A DNA stretch of 62,141 nt from Octopus bimaculoides (lineage: Eukaryota). The translations under genes and the position numbers were made by a program. The notes beneath the pieces are model-generated. The model had not been told where the DNA came from, did no database searches, and worked only from the letters and a program-made list of their open reading frames with translations. Location of the stretch: positions 107,759,072 to 107,821,212 of the forward strand of contig NC_068985.1 in the NCBI RefSeq assembly GCF_001194135.2, given 5' to 3'. This document shows positions 25,760 through 37,866 of this stretch, piece by piece (positions within the stretch are counted from its first letter, which is position 1; each line of letters begins with the position of its first letter).

Positions 25760-26280
25760 ACGACCACCACCACCACCACTACCACCACCAACACTACCAC
25801 CACCACCACCAACAATAATAACAACAACAACAACAACAACAGCACATCCAGTATAATCAACAATATCAACAATCACAAACCCAGCACTACCATCATCATC
25901 ACCACCACCACCACCACCACCACCACCACTACCATGGTCAACACCATCATCACCACAAACACCACCATCACACCACCACCACCACCACCACTAACAACAA
26001 CAATACCACTGACAACAACAACAACAACAACAAACAATATTGTCATCATCACCATCACCATCACCATCACCAGAACCACAACCACCCGGCTCTATCAGCA
26101 CCGTCATCAACACTACCACCCGGCTCTATCAGCACCGTCATCAACACTACCACCATAACCACCACTAACAATAACAACCACCACCCTCATCACCACTGCC
26201 ACTGTCACTATCACTACAATCACCACCACTGCTATCTTCACACTACCACCACCACCACCACCACCACCACCACTTTCACT
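25760..26280. repeat. (CAC/CAA/CAT)n tract with a 34-bp tandem duplication at about 26080-26155
   Basis: accacccggctctatcagcaccgtcatcaacact x2. Confidence 0.9.
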
Positions 26281-26409
26281 CACACCATGATTGCTCAACT
26301 TGCTAAAGAGTGGAACAACGGTCTCAGATGTTATAAATATTTCACTAATGTTCTGTCTGTATTTCTGTTTATTTGGCACTAAATTTATTGTCATTTCTTT
26401 AATGAAAAT

Positions 26410-26690
26410 CCACTGGCTATGTAACTGTGTGCTAGGATCTACATCAAGAGACCCTAATATTACTCATAATTTCTTTGTGGATGATCTAAAGATCTATGTA
26501 CAAAATATTTACAATGCTGAAAATTTCAGTATTTTCTGTTGATATAGGAATGGCGTTTGACGAAAAGATATCTTCATACCTAACAATTAAACATGGGGAA
26601 AAATCTGTTTCTTAAATTCAAAATTTTGGCATCAAAGGTCTCTCCATCTTCCCTGTTCCATAAAATAAGCTCTACAAATACCTAGGGGCT
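26410..26690 (+). mobile_element. R4/Dong-like non-LTR RT fragment
   Basis: ITHNFFVDDLKIY then FS.DIGM.F matches the R4-type RT catalytic region (THLLFVDDLKLY). Confidence 0.6.
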
Positions 26691-26699
26691 GATGAAATC

Positions 26700-27070
26700 A
26701 TCATCATCGCTCCAATCTGATTTGGCAGATGAAATCATCATCATTGTTTAATGTCTGCTTTCCATGCTAGCATGGGTTGGACGATTTGACTGAGGACTGG
26801 TGAAACCAGATGGCTACACCAGGCTCCAATCTGATTTGGCAGATGAAATCATCATCATTGTTTAACGTCTGCTTTCCATGCTAGCATGGATTGGACGATT
26901 TGACTGAGGACTGGTGAACCAGATGGCTACACCAGGTTCCAATCTGATTTGGCAGAGTTTCTACAGCTGGATGCCCTTCCTAACACCAACCACTCCGTGA
27001 GTGCAGTGGGTGCTTTTACGTGCCACCGGCACGAAGGCCAGTCAGGCGGTACTGGCAACGGCCACGTTCA
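26700..27070 (-). mobile_element. Family D SINE-like element with iterated 3' ends
   Basis: Sense 3' end tccaacccatgctagcatggaaagcggacgttaaa(cga/tga)n; about 120-bp 3' unit repeated. Confidence 0.85.
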
Positions 27071-27490
27071 TTCCCACATACCCATGCGTTACCTTTTTAA
27101 GATATGCACAGTGTTTGCAGAACTTTGCCAAAATACATTAGCCCTGCACTTCTGGGTTTGTATGGAAGGTCATCAGAATGTGAAAGTTTCTTGAGAAGTT
27201 CATTATTAACCCACAGAATGTCATTCACCTCATTTTTGTACACTTCATTAATGTATTTTTATGCTACTATTGTTTAGTTGGTGCTATTTAACTGATACCA
27301 TATGGCACTTAAAAGCTCTCTGTACTGATTTTCCTGCATTTTTTCATCTGAGAAAAAGTCTGTTCATTTCACTGTTTCTGTGGAAATTTGCTGTTGATGC
27401 CGGTATCTTGTTGATTTTAATGTTTATGGAGTACATATCCTCTATAGACTACCTGAGTATCTCAAATGTTTGTATAAATACAGGTACTAC

Positions 27491-27657
27491 CAGGGCCAGT
27501 TTTAAGCCAATCAGGCAGATTTGTTCAAATTGAGCCCTGCGCCAAGAGAGAGCCCAGCACACACGCTTGAGCAGAGGACACTATGAAGAATTTTTAGGAT
27601 ATCTTTGTGGCTAATGGTGGAGCCTCAAGCCCTCAACACTTTTTGGCTGAGACTGGT
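27491..27657. mobile_element. Small MITE (hAT-like ends) with target-site duplication
   Basis: Starts CAGGGCCAG; imperfect TIR ccagttttaagccaa / ttggctgagactgg; GTACTAC at 27484-27490 and 27658-27664. Confidence 0.6.
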
Positions 27658-27889
27658 GTACTACATGAAACATAAGACATCAACTTTCAGTGCAAGCTCT
27701 TAACTCCATAAAAAATTTGTAGATATTAACTTAAAAGGTAAAAATTATTGTTGCTGTTATCTAAATTCCAGTAATGCAAGTTTATTTCTTTGTTAGAAAC
27801 AAGTTTCTTCCTTTGAGGAAAAATTCTAATATTTAAAGATGGTGCATGTACATACATACACAGATATAGATATATGCACATACATGTAT

Positions 27890-28386
27890 ACATACAAACA
27901 TGGTGGTTGTCTACTCCTTAAACAGAGTTTGACCACCTCCTGCACCTACACCTTAGCCCTTTCATGGCGTCTGATGTGGCTTTTTAAACCAGACAGTGTT
28001 TTGAAAAAATACCCACACAGATTGCACCGCTGATTTGCACTACCAATTCCTGCAAGTAAGTTCTGCTCATTGTGGATCCTAACATGTCTTTTAAGACCCC
28101 CATTGGATTTGCAAACCCTCTGGCACACACCACATTCAAACGTGTGCACAGACATATAATCAGAATAGCTGGATGAGGTTTGTTTTCCATGGGTTCGCAG
28201 GTGAGATTTGAGGCCAGCCAAGGACAGACATGGTCTGTCACAGACTGTGCACACAAAAAGGTCCTTGTCAATCACCTTCTCAGTCTTTACATTTTTCCTT
28301 AAATGTCTCTTGAGCCCTGCTTGCATCATCCTGGCCTCTTCAAATGCTTTCACTCCACACCCTTGTTCGCCATCCAACTCGTTCAT
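27890..28386 (-). mobile_element. 5'-truncated RTE-like LINE with an open ORF encoding three C2H2 zinc fingers
   Basis: G.KAFEEAR...LKRHLRK (RTE C-terminal motif) then three C-x2-C-x12-H-x3-H fingers; 3' UTR and (ATGT) tail shared with the copy at 52085-52575. Confidence 0.8.
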
Positions 28387-28944
28387 ACATACATACATAA
28401 CTACTTTACTGATGTCTAAATTCCAATGAAAGAGCCTTGTCTCTGGACTAGAAACTGGTTGTTCTACTGAGAAATTTGAAAAATAAAGCCAGAAACACAC
28501 ACACACACACATTCATGAATACATTCATAAATATAAATATACATAAATAAATGCATGCATGAATAAACACACATACATACATACATGCAAACATACATAT
28601 ACATACATACATACATATATATATATTCATGAATACATTCATAAATATAAACATACATACATAAATAAATACATGCATGCATGAATAAACGCACATGCAT
28701 ACATGCATACATACATACATACATACATACATACATACATGTTTATATACATATTTGCATTCAAATCTACATGGTTACTTAATTGATGTCTAAATTCCAA
28801 TGAAAGAGCCTTGTTTCTTGGAAACTGGTTCTTTCATTATTGTGATAAATTTTAAAAATAAACCTTAAAGAACTCACAGATATACAGAAATTTAGTGAAC
28901 ACATCAAATCATTCACAAATACATACATACACAGGACTATATAT

Positions 28945-29073
<129 letters not shown>

Positions 29074-29703
29074 CAGGGTGCGGTGAATACACTATTGTCA
29101 AATTTATGCAAAACTGATAATAACACTGATGTCTCATTTTAACAGATATATTTACCAAAATTACATAAAAATATCTTGAAATACTAAAGAGTAAATTTAT
29201 TCAATAAAATCACCGTTGGCTTCAACCATGTCCTCCTGACAACTTCGGAATCTCCTGCAACTCTTCTGGATGGTCTCCTTGTTCAAGTTGGTGAATGCTG
29301 CCATAATTCCTTGCCTTTAGTTCATCTTTGGTGTTACAAGGAATTTTGTTGGTCTCTCACTCAACTGCACCCCACACATAATAAACAAGGGGGTTACAGT
29401 CTGGGGAGTTAGGTGGCCAGATGTTAGGGGTGATGTGGTCACAGAAATTGTGTGACAGTCATGAATGGGTTCTCCTGCTTTGCTTGTGTGGCATGGTACA
29501 GAGTCCTATTGCCAGACATAGGGTCTTCCAGCAGCCACCCTCTTGACCCAGGGCAGCACTACCTCCTCCAGGCACTTGATGTAGGCCTCCATGTTGAGTG
29601 TGAGGCCATGTGGGAAGATGAATGGTGGCATAAGGTTGCCATCACTAGTGATCACTCCAAACACCATGATATTGACTGGATGTTCGATTTTTATCACGTT
29701 TTG
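29074..29703 (-). mobile_element. Tc1/mariner transposase remnant (maT/DD37D-like) with one TIR
   Basis: HPVNIMVFGVITSDG...YIKCLEEVVLPW...YVWQ*DS..CH...WPPNSPDCNP; TA|CAGGGTG terminus at 29072-29080. Subfamily assignment is tentative. Confidence 0.8.
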
Positions 29704-29815
29704 GGGGCGCAGCAAGCCAACAGTTGTTCTGTGTTTTCACCATCTGTTCATATTCGAGCTTCTGGTGTGAATACCAATCGGTACAGCATATTGTTTCCAA
29801 ATTTCNNNNNNNNNN

Positions 29816-29852
<37 letters not shown>

Positions 29853-30124
29853 TAGACTGTAACAAACAGACACACACATACTCTCTCTCTCTCTCTCCTA
29901 CACAGACACACTCACACACTGCCACATCTTCACTCATAAATGTACATATATATATATATACACACATATAAACTTAACTAGCTACAAGAACACAATGCAA
30001 CGCCCAGTCTGGGAATCAAACCCACATTCTCACAATTATGAGTGCAGCATCCTAACTACTAAGCCATGTGCTTTCACATATAAATATAAATGAGTAACAA
30101 AGATGTATAAGTGTCAATTTATCA

Positions 30125-30426
30125 CAGCCGTTTCAAGTAATTCCTTTAATTGATAAATGAAAGCATTACATCATTACAGAGGAAACCATTCTCATCAAAT
30201 GACCATATAGACCTCAGGCATAAAAGACAAGTTAGGTATTTAAACATTTTTATTATCAATAGAGAACAAATATTTACAATGATTCCGCTGCTATGATATG
30301 AATATGTTTAAATATCTAACTTGTCCTTTATGCTTGACATCTATGCAGTCATCTGATGAGAATGGTTTTATTTATAATGATGTAATGTTTTCATTGATTA
30401 ATTAAAAGAGTCACTCAAAATGGCCT
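30125..30426. repeat. Inverted repeat with ~126-bp arms (30125-30250 / 30301-30426)
   Basis: Arms align as reverse complements, about 80% identity by eye. Confidence 0.85.
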
Positions 30427-30476
30427 TAATGAATTGACAATTATACATCTTTGTTACTCATTTATAATTTACTCAC

Positions 30477-30535
30477 CTACCCTGGAATCTACACTTTGGA
30501 AGTATTTGGAAAGTATCTTTATATAAAGTACATGT
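30477..30535 (-). CDS. Orphan gene exon (rHVLYIKILSKYFQSVDSRV)
   Basis: ctcttgtttgttcag| ... TAG|GTGAGT (alternative donor at 30481); 104-nt upstream intron. Confidence 0.6.
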
Positions 30536-30639
30536 CTGAACAAACAAGAGCGGATTTATTCACTAAGTTTGAGAGTGCCATCTGCATTCACTGCATGAAT
30601 ATCGAGTGGAAAAAATTCTATGTTGAGTTTGATACTCAC

Positions 30640-30713
30640 CTAATATTGTCTGAGTGTGCAAATAAGTTTGTCCTAACAAGGTGTCTCAACTTAAGTACCG
30701 AATTCAACTGAAT
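30640..30713 (-). CDS. Orphan gene exon (IQLNSVLKLRHLVRTNLFAHSDNI)
   Basis: aatgtaatttag| ... TAG|GTGAGT; only one open frame; phase 2 joins the next exon in frame. Confidence 0.6.
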
Positions 30714-30960
30714 CTAAATTACATTATACATATATATTTGACAGGAAGGACAACAAAAGAAAGAAAGAGACCTCGATATTATGCAAATAGAGGAATTTAT
30801 CTGTAAAAATATGTGCCACTTATTCAGTAGCCATGTTAAAACTCCGAGTTTCGGATTGGTCCCTAATGTACTGAAGAGATGTTGGCGTGGACTCCCACCT
30901 TGGCATCCGAAATTCGGAGTTTTATCATGGCTACTGAATAAGTGTCACATATTTTTGCAG

Positions 30961-31042
<82 letters not shown>

Positions 31043-31044
<2 letters not shown>

Positions 31045-31165
31045 CAGGCTTCTTTCAGTTTCCATCTATCAAATCCACTCATAAGGCCTTGGTTGGTCTA
31101 AGGCTATAGTAGAAGATATTTACCCAAGGTGTCACACAGTGGAACTGAACCTGGAACCATGTGGT
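31043..31165 (-). mobile_element. SINE family A, 5' part
   Basis: Homology to 42287-42450. Confidence 0.75.
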
Positions 31166-32702
31166 TGGGAACACACACATGCACAAACTTATACACACAT
31201 ACATGGACTGCTCACAGGCACACACACACACATACACTCTCATATACACATTCACACACAAACAATCACATACTCTCTCTCTCTCTTTCTCACACATACA
31301 CACACATAATAATACACTCACAACTAAACACATAATAACAACTATAAGTTTTCTCAATACAACATGTGAATCCCTACTTTTGTAAATGTCAGTACATTAG
31401 GGACCAATTAAAGGACTGTTAACTACTTCATCAACACTATCCCAGTGAACCCTGTTCCCTAATCTTAGCAGTGGGAGTGAGGTGGTGGTGGTATGTGGGG
31501 GTTAGATGATGTAAACAAGGACTTGGGTGTACAATAACCACACCCTTGAAAACAGGCTGGAAAGTATAAGGTCAGCCTGTTGACCCACAGATTCACTGAG
31601 GGTCCAGCAATTAGGCGGAGGTGGAGGTGGAGGTGGGAATGGTAATGGGAATGGTAATGGGGATGGTGGTGGTAGTGGGGTGGTGAGGATAAAGGCTGGT
31701 GTTGGTGGGATTGTTGGAATGTTGATGGTAGGGGGGGTTGTGATATGGTGGGGTTGTGGTATGTTAGGGTGATAGTGGTGATAGCATTGGGGNNNNNNNN
31801 NNNNNNNNNNNNNNNNNNNNNNNNNNNNNNNNNNNNNNNNNNNNNNNNNNNNNNNNNNNNNNNNNNNNNNNNNNNNNNNNNNNNNNNNNNNNNNNNNNNN
31901 NNNNNNNNNNNNNNNNNNNNNNNNNNNNNNNNNNNNNNNNNNNNNNNNNNNNNNNNNNNNNNNNNNNNNNNNNNNNNNNNNNNNNNNNNNNNNNNNNNNN
32001 NNNNNNNNNNNNNNNNNNNNNNNNNNNNNNNNNNNNNNNNNNNNNNNNNNNNNNNNNNNNNNNNNNNNNNNNNNNNNNNNNNNNNNNNNNNNNNNNNNNN
32101 NNNNNNNNNNNNNNNNNNNNNNNNNNNNNNNNNNNNNNNNNNNNNNNNNNNNNNNNNNNNNNNNNNNNNNNNNNNNNNNNNNNNNNNNNNNNNNNNNNNN
32201 NNNNNNNNNNNNNNNNNNNNNNNNNNNNNNNNNNNNNNNNNNNNNNNNNNNNNNNNNNNNNNNNNNNNNNNNNNNNNNNNNNNNNNNNNNNNNNNNNNNN
32301 NNNNNNNNNNNNNNNNNNNNNNNNNNNNNNNNNNNNNNNNNNNNNNNNNNNNNNNNNNNNNNNNNNNNNNNNNNNNNNNNNNNNNNNNNNNNNNNNNNNN
32401 NNNNNNNNNNNNNNNNNNNNNNNNNNNNNNNNNNNNNNNNNNNNNNNNNNNNNNNNNNNNNNNNNNNNNNNNNNNNNNNNNNNNNNNNNNNNNNNNNNNN
32501 NNNNNNNNNNNNNNNNNNNNNNNNNNNNNNNNNNNNNNNNNNNNNNNNNNNNNNNNNNNNNNNNNNNNNNNNNNNNNNNNNNNNNNNNNNNNNNNNNNNN
32601 NNNNNNNNNNNNNNNNNNNNNNNNNNNNNNNNNNNNNNNNNNNNNNNNNNNNNNNNNNNNNNNNNNNNNNNNNNNNNNNNNNNNNNNNNNNNNNNNNNNN
32701 NN

Positions 32703-32737
<35 letters not shown>

Positions 32738-34658
32738 TATATGTGTATATATAAATATATATGTGCATATATATATATATATATATATATGTACATGCAT
32801 ATATAGATACAGTAAACAACATGAAATACAACAACAAATGAGTTCAATACGTGAACAATGAGAGAAACAAATGCAAAACAGGGCAAGTAACATAAAGAAC
32901 GACCCTTTATCAGTTGTCGGCTGTGTAACTACTCTTCATTTCGGACATTGAATAACAATATGAGTCTTTGAAGACAGTTGCTCCCATAAATACCAAAATA
33001 AAAATTGGGATTTATGGAGGGTGAAAGTTGGGAACAAAAACAGGACTGTGAAGACATACAAAGAAACCAAATGAAAACAAGCATGGAGGTCATTAGACCA
33101 GAATGAGCATAAAATAGCAAATGCTGGAGAAATATTTTTTTGTGACAAGAGAAAAGGTAGAAGAGAGAGATAGGATACATCCTGTCTGTAGGACAGCCCT
33201 GAAAGAAAAGAAAGATGATCACGTGAGGAAAAGAAAGATGGACAATGGTCACGTGTGAGCAATGAGAGAGAGTAAAGGAGAAAGAGGAGGAGAGAGAGAC
33301 AGATAGAAAACGCTGAAGGGGAGAAAAAAGGGAATTAGAGAAAGGATGAGAGAGAAAACTATATGGGGAGAAAACAGTATAGAGTAGAGTTGCATCAAAA
33401 AGATTAAGATAAACTTACTTGGAAACAGATGCATGGCGTTCAATCAAATAATAATAGTATAAATAATATATANNNNNNNNNNNNNNNNNNNNNNNNNNNN
33501 NNNNNNNNNNNNNNNNNNNNNNNNNNNNNNNNNNNNNNNNNNNNNNNNNNNNNNNNNNNNNNNNNNNNNNNNNNNNNNNNNNNNNNNNNNNNNNNNNNNN
33601 NNNNNNNNNNNNNNNNNNNNNNNNNNNNNNNNNNNNNNNNNNNNNNNNNNNNNNNNNNNNNNNNNNNNNNNNNNNNNNNNNNNNNNNNNNNNNNNNNNNN
33701 NNNNNNNNNNNNNNNNNNNNNNNNNNNNNNNNNNNNNNNNNNNNNNNNNNNNNNNNNNNNNNNNNNNNNNNNNNNNNNNNNNNNNNNNNNNNNNNNNNNN
33801 NNNNNNNNNNNNNNNNNNNNNNNNNNNNNNNNNNNNNNNNNNNNNNNNNNNNNNNNNNNNNNNNNNNNNNNNNNNNNNNNNNNNNNNNNNNNNNNNNNNN
33901 NNNNNNNNNNNNNNNNNNNNNNNNNNNNNNNNNNNNNNNNNNNNNNNNNNNNNNNNNNNNNNNNNNNNNNNNNNNNNNNNNNNNNNNNNNNNNNNNNNNN
34001 NNNNNNNNNNNNNNNNNNNNNNNNNNNNNNNNNNNNNNNNNNNNNNNNNNNNNNNNNNNNNNNNNNNNNNNNNNNNNNNNNNNNNNNNNNNNNNNNNNNN
34101 NNNNNNNNNNNNNNNNNNNNNNNNNNNNNNNNNNNNNNNNNNNNNNNNNNNNNNNNNNNNNNNNNNNNNNNNNNNNNNNNNNNNNNNNNNNNNNNNNNNN
34201 NNNNNNNNNNNNNNNNNNNNNNNNNNNNNNNNNNNNNNNNNNNNNNNNNNNNNNNNNNNNNNNNNNNNNNNNNNNNNNNNNNNNNNNNNNNNNNNNNNNN
34301 NNNNNNNNNNNNNNNNNNNNNNNNNNNNNNNNNNNNNNNNNNNNNNNNNNNNNNNNNNNNNNNNNNNNNNNNNNNNNNNNNNNNNNNNNNNNNNNNNNNN
34401 NNNATATATATATATATACACACAAATATATAGTATATGCAATGGATTATAATCCATGCTGTGTTCTTATGAAGCAGGAGATCCTCTACATGTTCTTACA
34501 TGTATATAACTATTATGATTCTATTATATTTATAATATTGTTATTGTTGTTAATATGAATATTCATTTGCATAATATATTTTCTGTACTGTAATGAAACA
34601 TGTGTGACATGGAATTAAAAATGTGCCAAATTGTTTACAGTTTGCTTTAATATATGTT

Positions 34659-34689
<31 letters not shown>

Positions 34690-34700
<11 letters not shown>

Positions 34701-34980
34701 TGTGTGTGTATACATATCTGTATGTAAGTATCACTGTGTATGCTTTTGTGTTGGTGTTTGTCTCTCACCACTGCTTGACAGTTTGTTTATATCCCCCATA
34801 ACTTAGCAATTATGTTTACATCCCCCATAACTTAGCAAACAGAATAAACAGAATAAATACGAGACTTATAAAAACAAAATAAGTACTGGTGTTGTTTTCT
34901 TCTGCTAAACCCTTCAAGGCAGTGCCCCAGCATGACCGTGCTCTAATGTCTGAAACAAGTGAAAGATAAAAGATGAATGT
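34690..34980 (+). mobile_element. SINE family A, 3' part, diverged
   Basis: ccccataacttagc...ataagtactgg...ggcagtgccccagcatgacc...tgaaacaagtgaaag. Confidence 0.55.
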
Positions 34981-35079
34981 GTGTGTACCTGTGTATATAC
35001 AACACCTCAGAATACTACTAAAACATCTGAAAAACAATCTCTCCCACTCAGCTTGGACAAATATAAAAGAAATCATCAC

Positions 35080-35400
35080 CATCATCATCATCATCGTTTA
35101 ACGTCCGCTTTCCATGCTAGCATGGGTTGGACGATTTGACTGAGGACTGGTGAACCAGATGGCTGCACCAGGCTCCAATCTGATCTGGCAGAATGTCTAC
35201 AGCTGGATGCCCTTCCTAACGCCAACCACTCTGAGAGTGTAGTGGGTGTTTTTACGTGCCATCGGCACGAAGGCCAGTCAGGCGGTACTGGCAACGGCCA
35301 CACTCAAAATGGTGTATTTTACGTGCCACCTGCACAGGAGCCAGTCCAGCGGCACTGGCAACAATCTCACTCAAATGACTTTTCATGTGCCACCAGCACA
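35080..35400 (-). mobile_element. Family D SINE-like element
   Basis: Near-identical to 41218-41535 and 48745-49128; (CAT)n on plus strand is the (GAT)n tail. Confidence 0.9.
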
Positions 35401-36112
35401 TACATAAAGAAATAGTTGCAGTACCAATAGTGTTATTGGTCTTTAGCTGGGACACACATCACCAATTGTAAGTAAAGAGGACCAACAATCATATTCTGAC
35501 CAAGTCCACCTCGTCTACCTGTGTTGTGAAACCTACCAGAATCTATAGGCAGGATAGTGGAGAGAATGCAAGGTGTCCAGACTGTCCTGCTGCATATCAT
35601 ATGATTTATTGTTCTATGTCAGAAAGTGTAATCTGGTCCTCAGCTAGGAGGAAGCTTGATATAACTTGGGCTTGTGGGTAATATGACATTATTTGGTCGA
35701 CTACCTATCACAGCTAACCCGGGGCTATGGGACAATGTAAATGGCAAGTACGCACACTCGTCACTGCTGTATGTATAGGTCTGATCTTCGAGAAATATCA
35801 ATCAAATTTCCCTCTCAAATTTCCCAATCAAATTACTGCCTACAAAAAACAAAACAAAAAAAAACACAAGAAAAAAACACAAGAAAAAAACTCACTGAAT
35901 AGCATTGTACTGAATACGTTGTCTGAAATAAGATGGATGAGTCACATCTGGAATCCTTTGACTACGAGTCTACTCAATCAGAGCTGACCTGGGGCTAAAC
36001 GACAACACCACCACCACTACTACCACCACCTCTACTACTACAACCAGTACCACAACTACCACCACTACTACTACCACCACCACCACCACCACCACCACCA
36101 CAACAACAACAA

Positions 36113-36143
<31 letters not shown>

Positions 36144-36540
36144 GACAACAATACCTCCACCACCAAACTCCATCACTGACACCATTAAGTAAAAAGAACA
36201 CTAACCTATAATTAATAAACCAGTTCTAAGTGAATGACCAATCTATTCTAGAATTTTACCACAAAGACACTGAACGTCTGTCCAGCTTCCTTCATACGTC
36301 TTTAACATAGTTCCACTTCCTCTCTTGCAGCACTGTACATTCTCTGTTGGCTCTCTTAGATGCTGCTTATCTCTGTTGGCGCCAATCAAGGACTCCACTA
36401 CATCATCACACTATCATCACCTTGTGACATCCACACAGAGGCTAATTGTTATGCAAAGTTGGAGCCAAGGGTGTTGTTTGTTTATTTTTTGTGGTGGTTC
36501 TGCTAATGGTGGGGTGGTAGTATAGGGGAGTATATATAAT

Positions 36541-36588
<48 letters not shown>

Positions 36589-36890
36589 CACACACACATG
36601 TATACACATATAGGTACATATATTCATATGAACAGATATACATATGTATGTATTTACAAACACATGCACATACACACACTGCATTATGGGTAGATGAATA
36701 TTCTTGAATACACTTTACAATGGATAGATGTACATTCAATTATATAATGTATGTATGTGCGTATGTATGTACCTTTCTGTGTAGATATATACATGTGTAT
36801 AATCACGAGAATGTGTATGCATGTACGTGTGTGTGTGTGTGTGTGTGTGTGCCTGCACACGTGCATGTGTGTGTATGCATGCATATATAT

Positions 36891-37115
36891 TACTCTTTAC
36901 TCTTTTACTCTTTTACTTGTTTCAGTCATTTGACTGCGGCCATGCTGGAGCACCACCTTTAGTCGAATCAAATCGACCCTAGGACTTATTCTTTGTAAGC
37001 CTAATACTTATTCTATCGGTCACTTTTGCCGAACCGCTAAGTTACGGGGACGTAAACACACCAGCATCGGTTGTCAAGTGATGTTGGGGGGACAAACACA
37101 GACACACAAACATAT

Positions 37116-37166
<51 letters not shown>

Positions 37167-37220
37167 CATATATATGACGGGCTTCTTATCATATCACACA
37201 ACCATGCCTGCACGTCTTTC

Positions 37221-37251
<31 letters not shown>

Positions 37252-37500
37252 CTCTCTTTCTCTCATCCTCTCTCTCATCCTCTCTTTCCCTCTCTACCTC
37301 TTCCCCTCTCTCTCTCTCTATATATATGTATACGTACACACACACACACACACAAAACATGCTTCCACACAGTCTCCATTTACAAATTTCACTGTCAAAG
37401 CACTACCTGGCCCAGAGCTATAGTTCAAGTACTGCATATAGGAGCTGAACCCAAAACTACATGATTGCAAAGCAGACTTCTTAACCACATAGCCATGTCC
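36891..37500 (-). mobile_element. SINE family A (3' part plus diverged 5' pieces) interrupted by microsatellites
   Basis: 36891-37170 is near-identical to 39141-39390. Confidence 0.8.
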
Positions 37501-37842
37501 TCACCAATATTGAAAAAACTTTAGCTGGATGTAAAGTGGACTTGATATGAAAGTAAAGCTACATGGTGTTTGGTGTTCCATTTTTCTATTTTGATTCACC
37601 ATCTCAAAAGATTATTGGACACTCTCAGAATACATGTATCTGTGTAATGTCTGTCAGTGTGTGTGTATGTGTTTGTGTATATATTTATGCAGCATGGTTG
37701 AATTGTAAACTACTAGCGTGTTGAATGTCATTACTATGGCTTTCTATAAGATTATGTTAAACCTCAATCATGGCCTCAAGAAAAAAAAAAAAAAGAAAAC
37801 CTGATTTTCAATTGTACATAATGACTAATTAGTTAAACCTAC

Positions 37843-37866
37843 CTGCTTCATATTTTTTTTTACTCC
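37843..37866 (-). CDS. Orphan gene, candidate 24-nt micro-exon (GVKKNMKQ)
   Basis: ttactattcag| ... CAG|GTAGGT; phase 0-0. Confidence 0.4.

Noticed and set aside
27946-28512. Ordinary host C2H2 transcription-factor gene
   Set aside because: RTE C-terminal motif upstream, LINE-type 3' tail, a dispersed decayed copy at 52 kb and no TGEKP linkers; reinterpreted as LINE-derived.
30451-30711. Plus-strand 86-aa ORF
   Set aside because: It is the antisense shadow of two minus-strand exons that have canonical splice sites.
35250-35400. HDV-like ribozyme call for the family-D units
   Set aside because: Could not assign the P1/P2/P3 nested double pseudoknot by hand; kept only as a testable finding.
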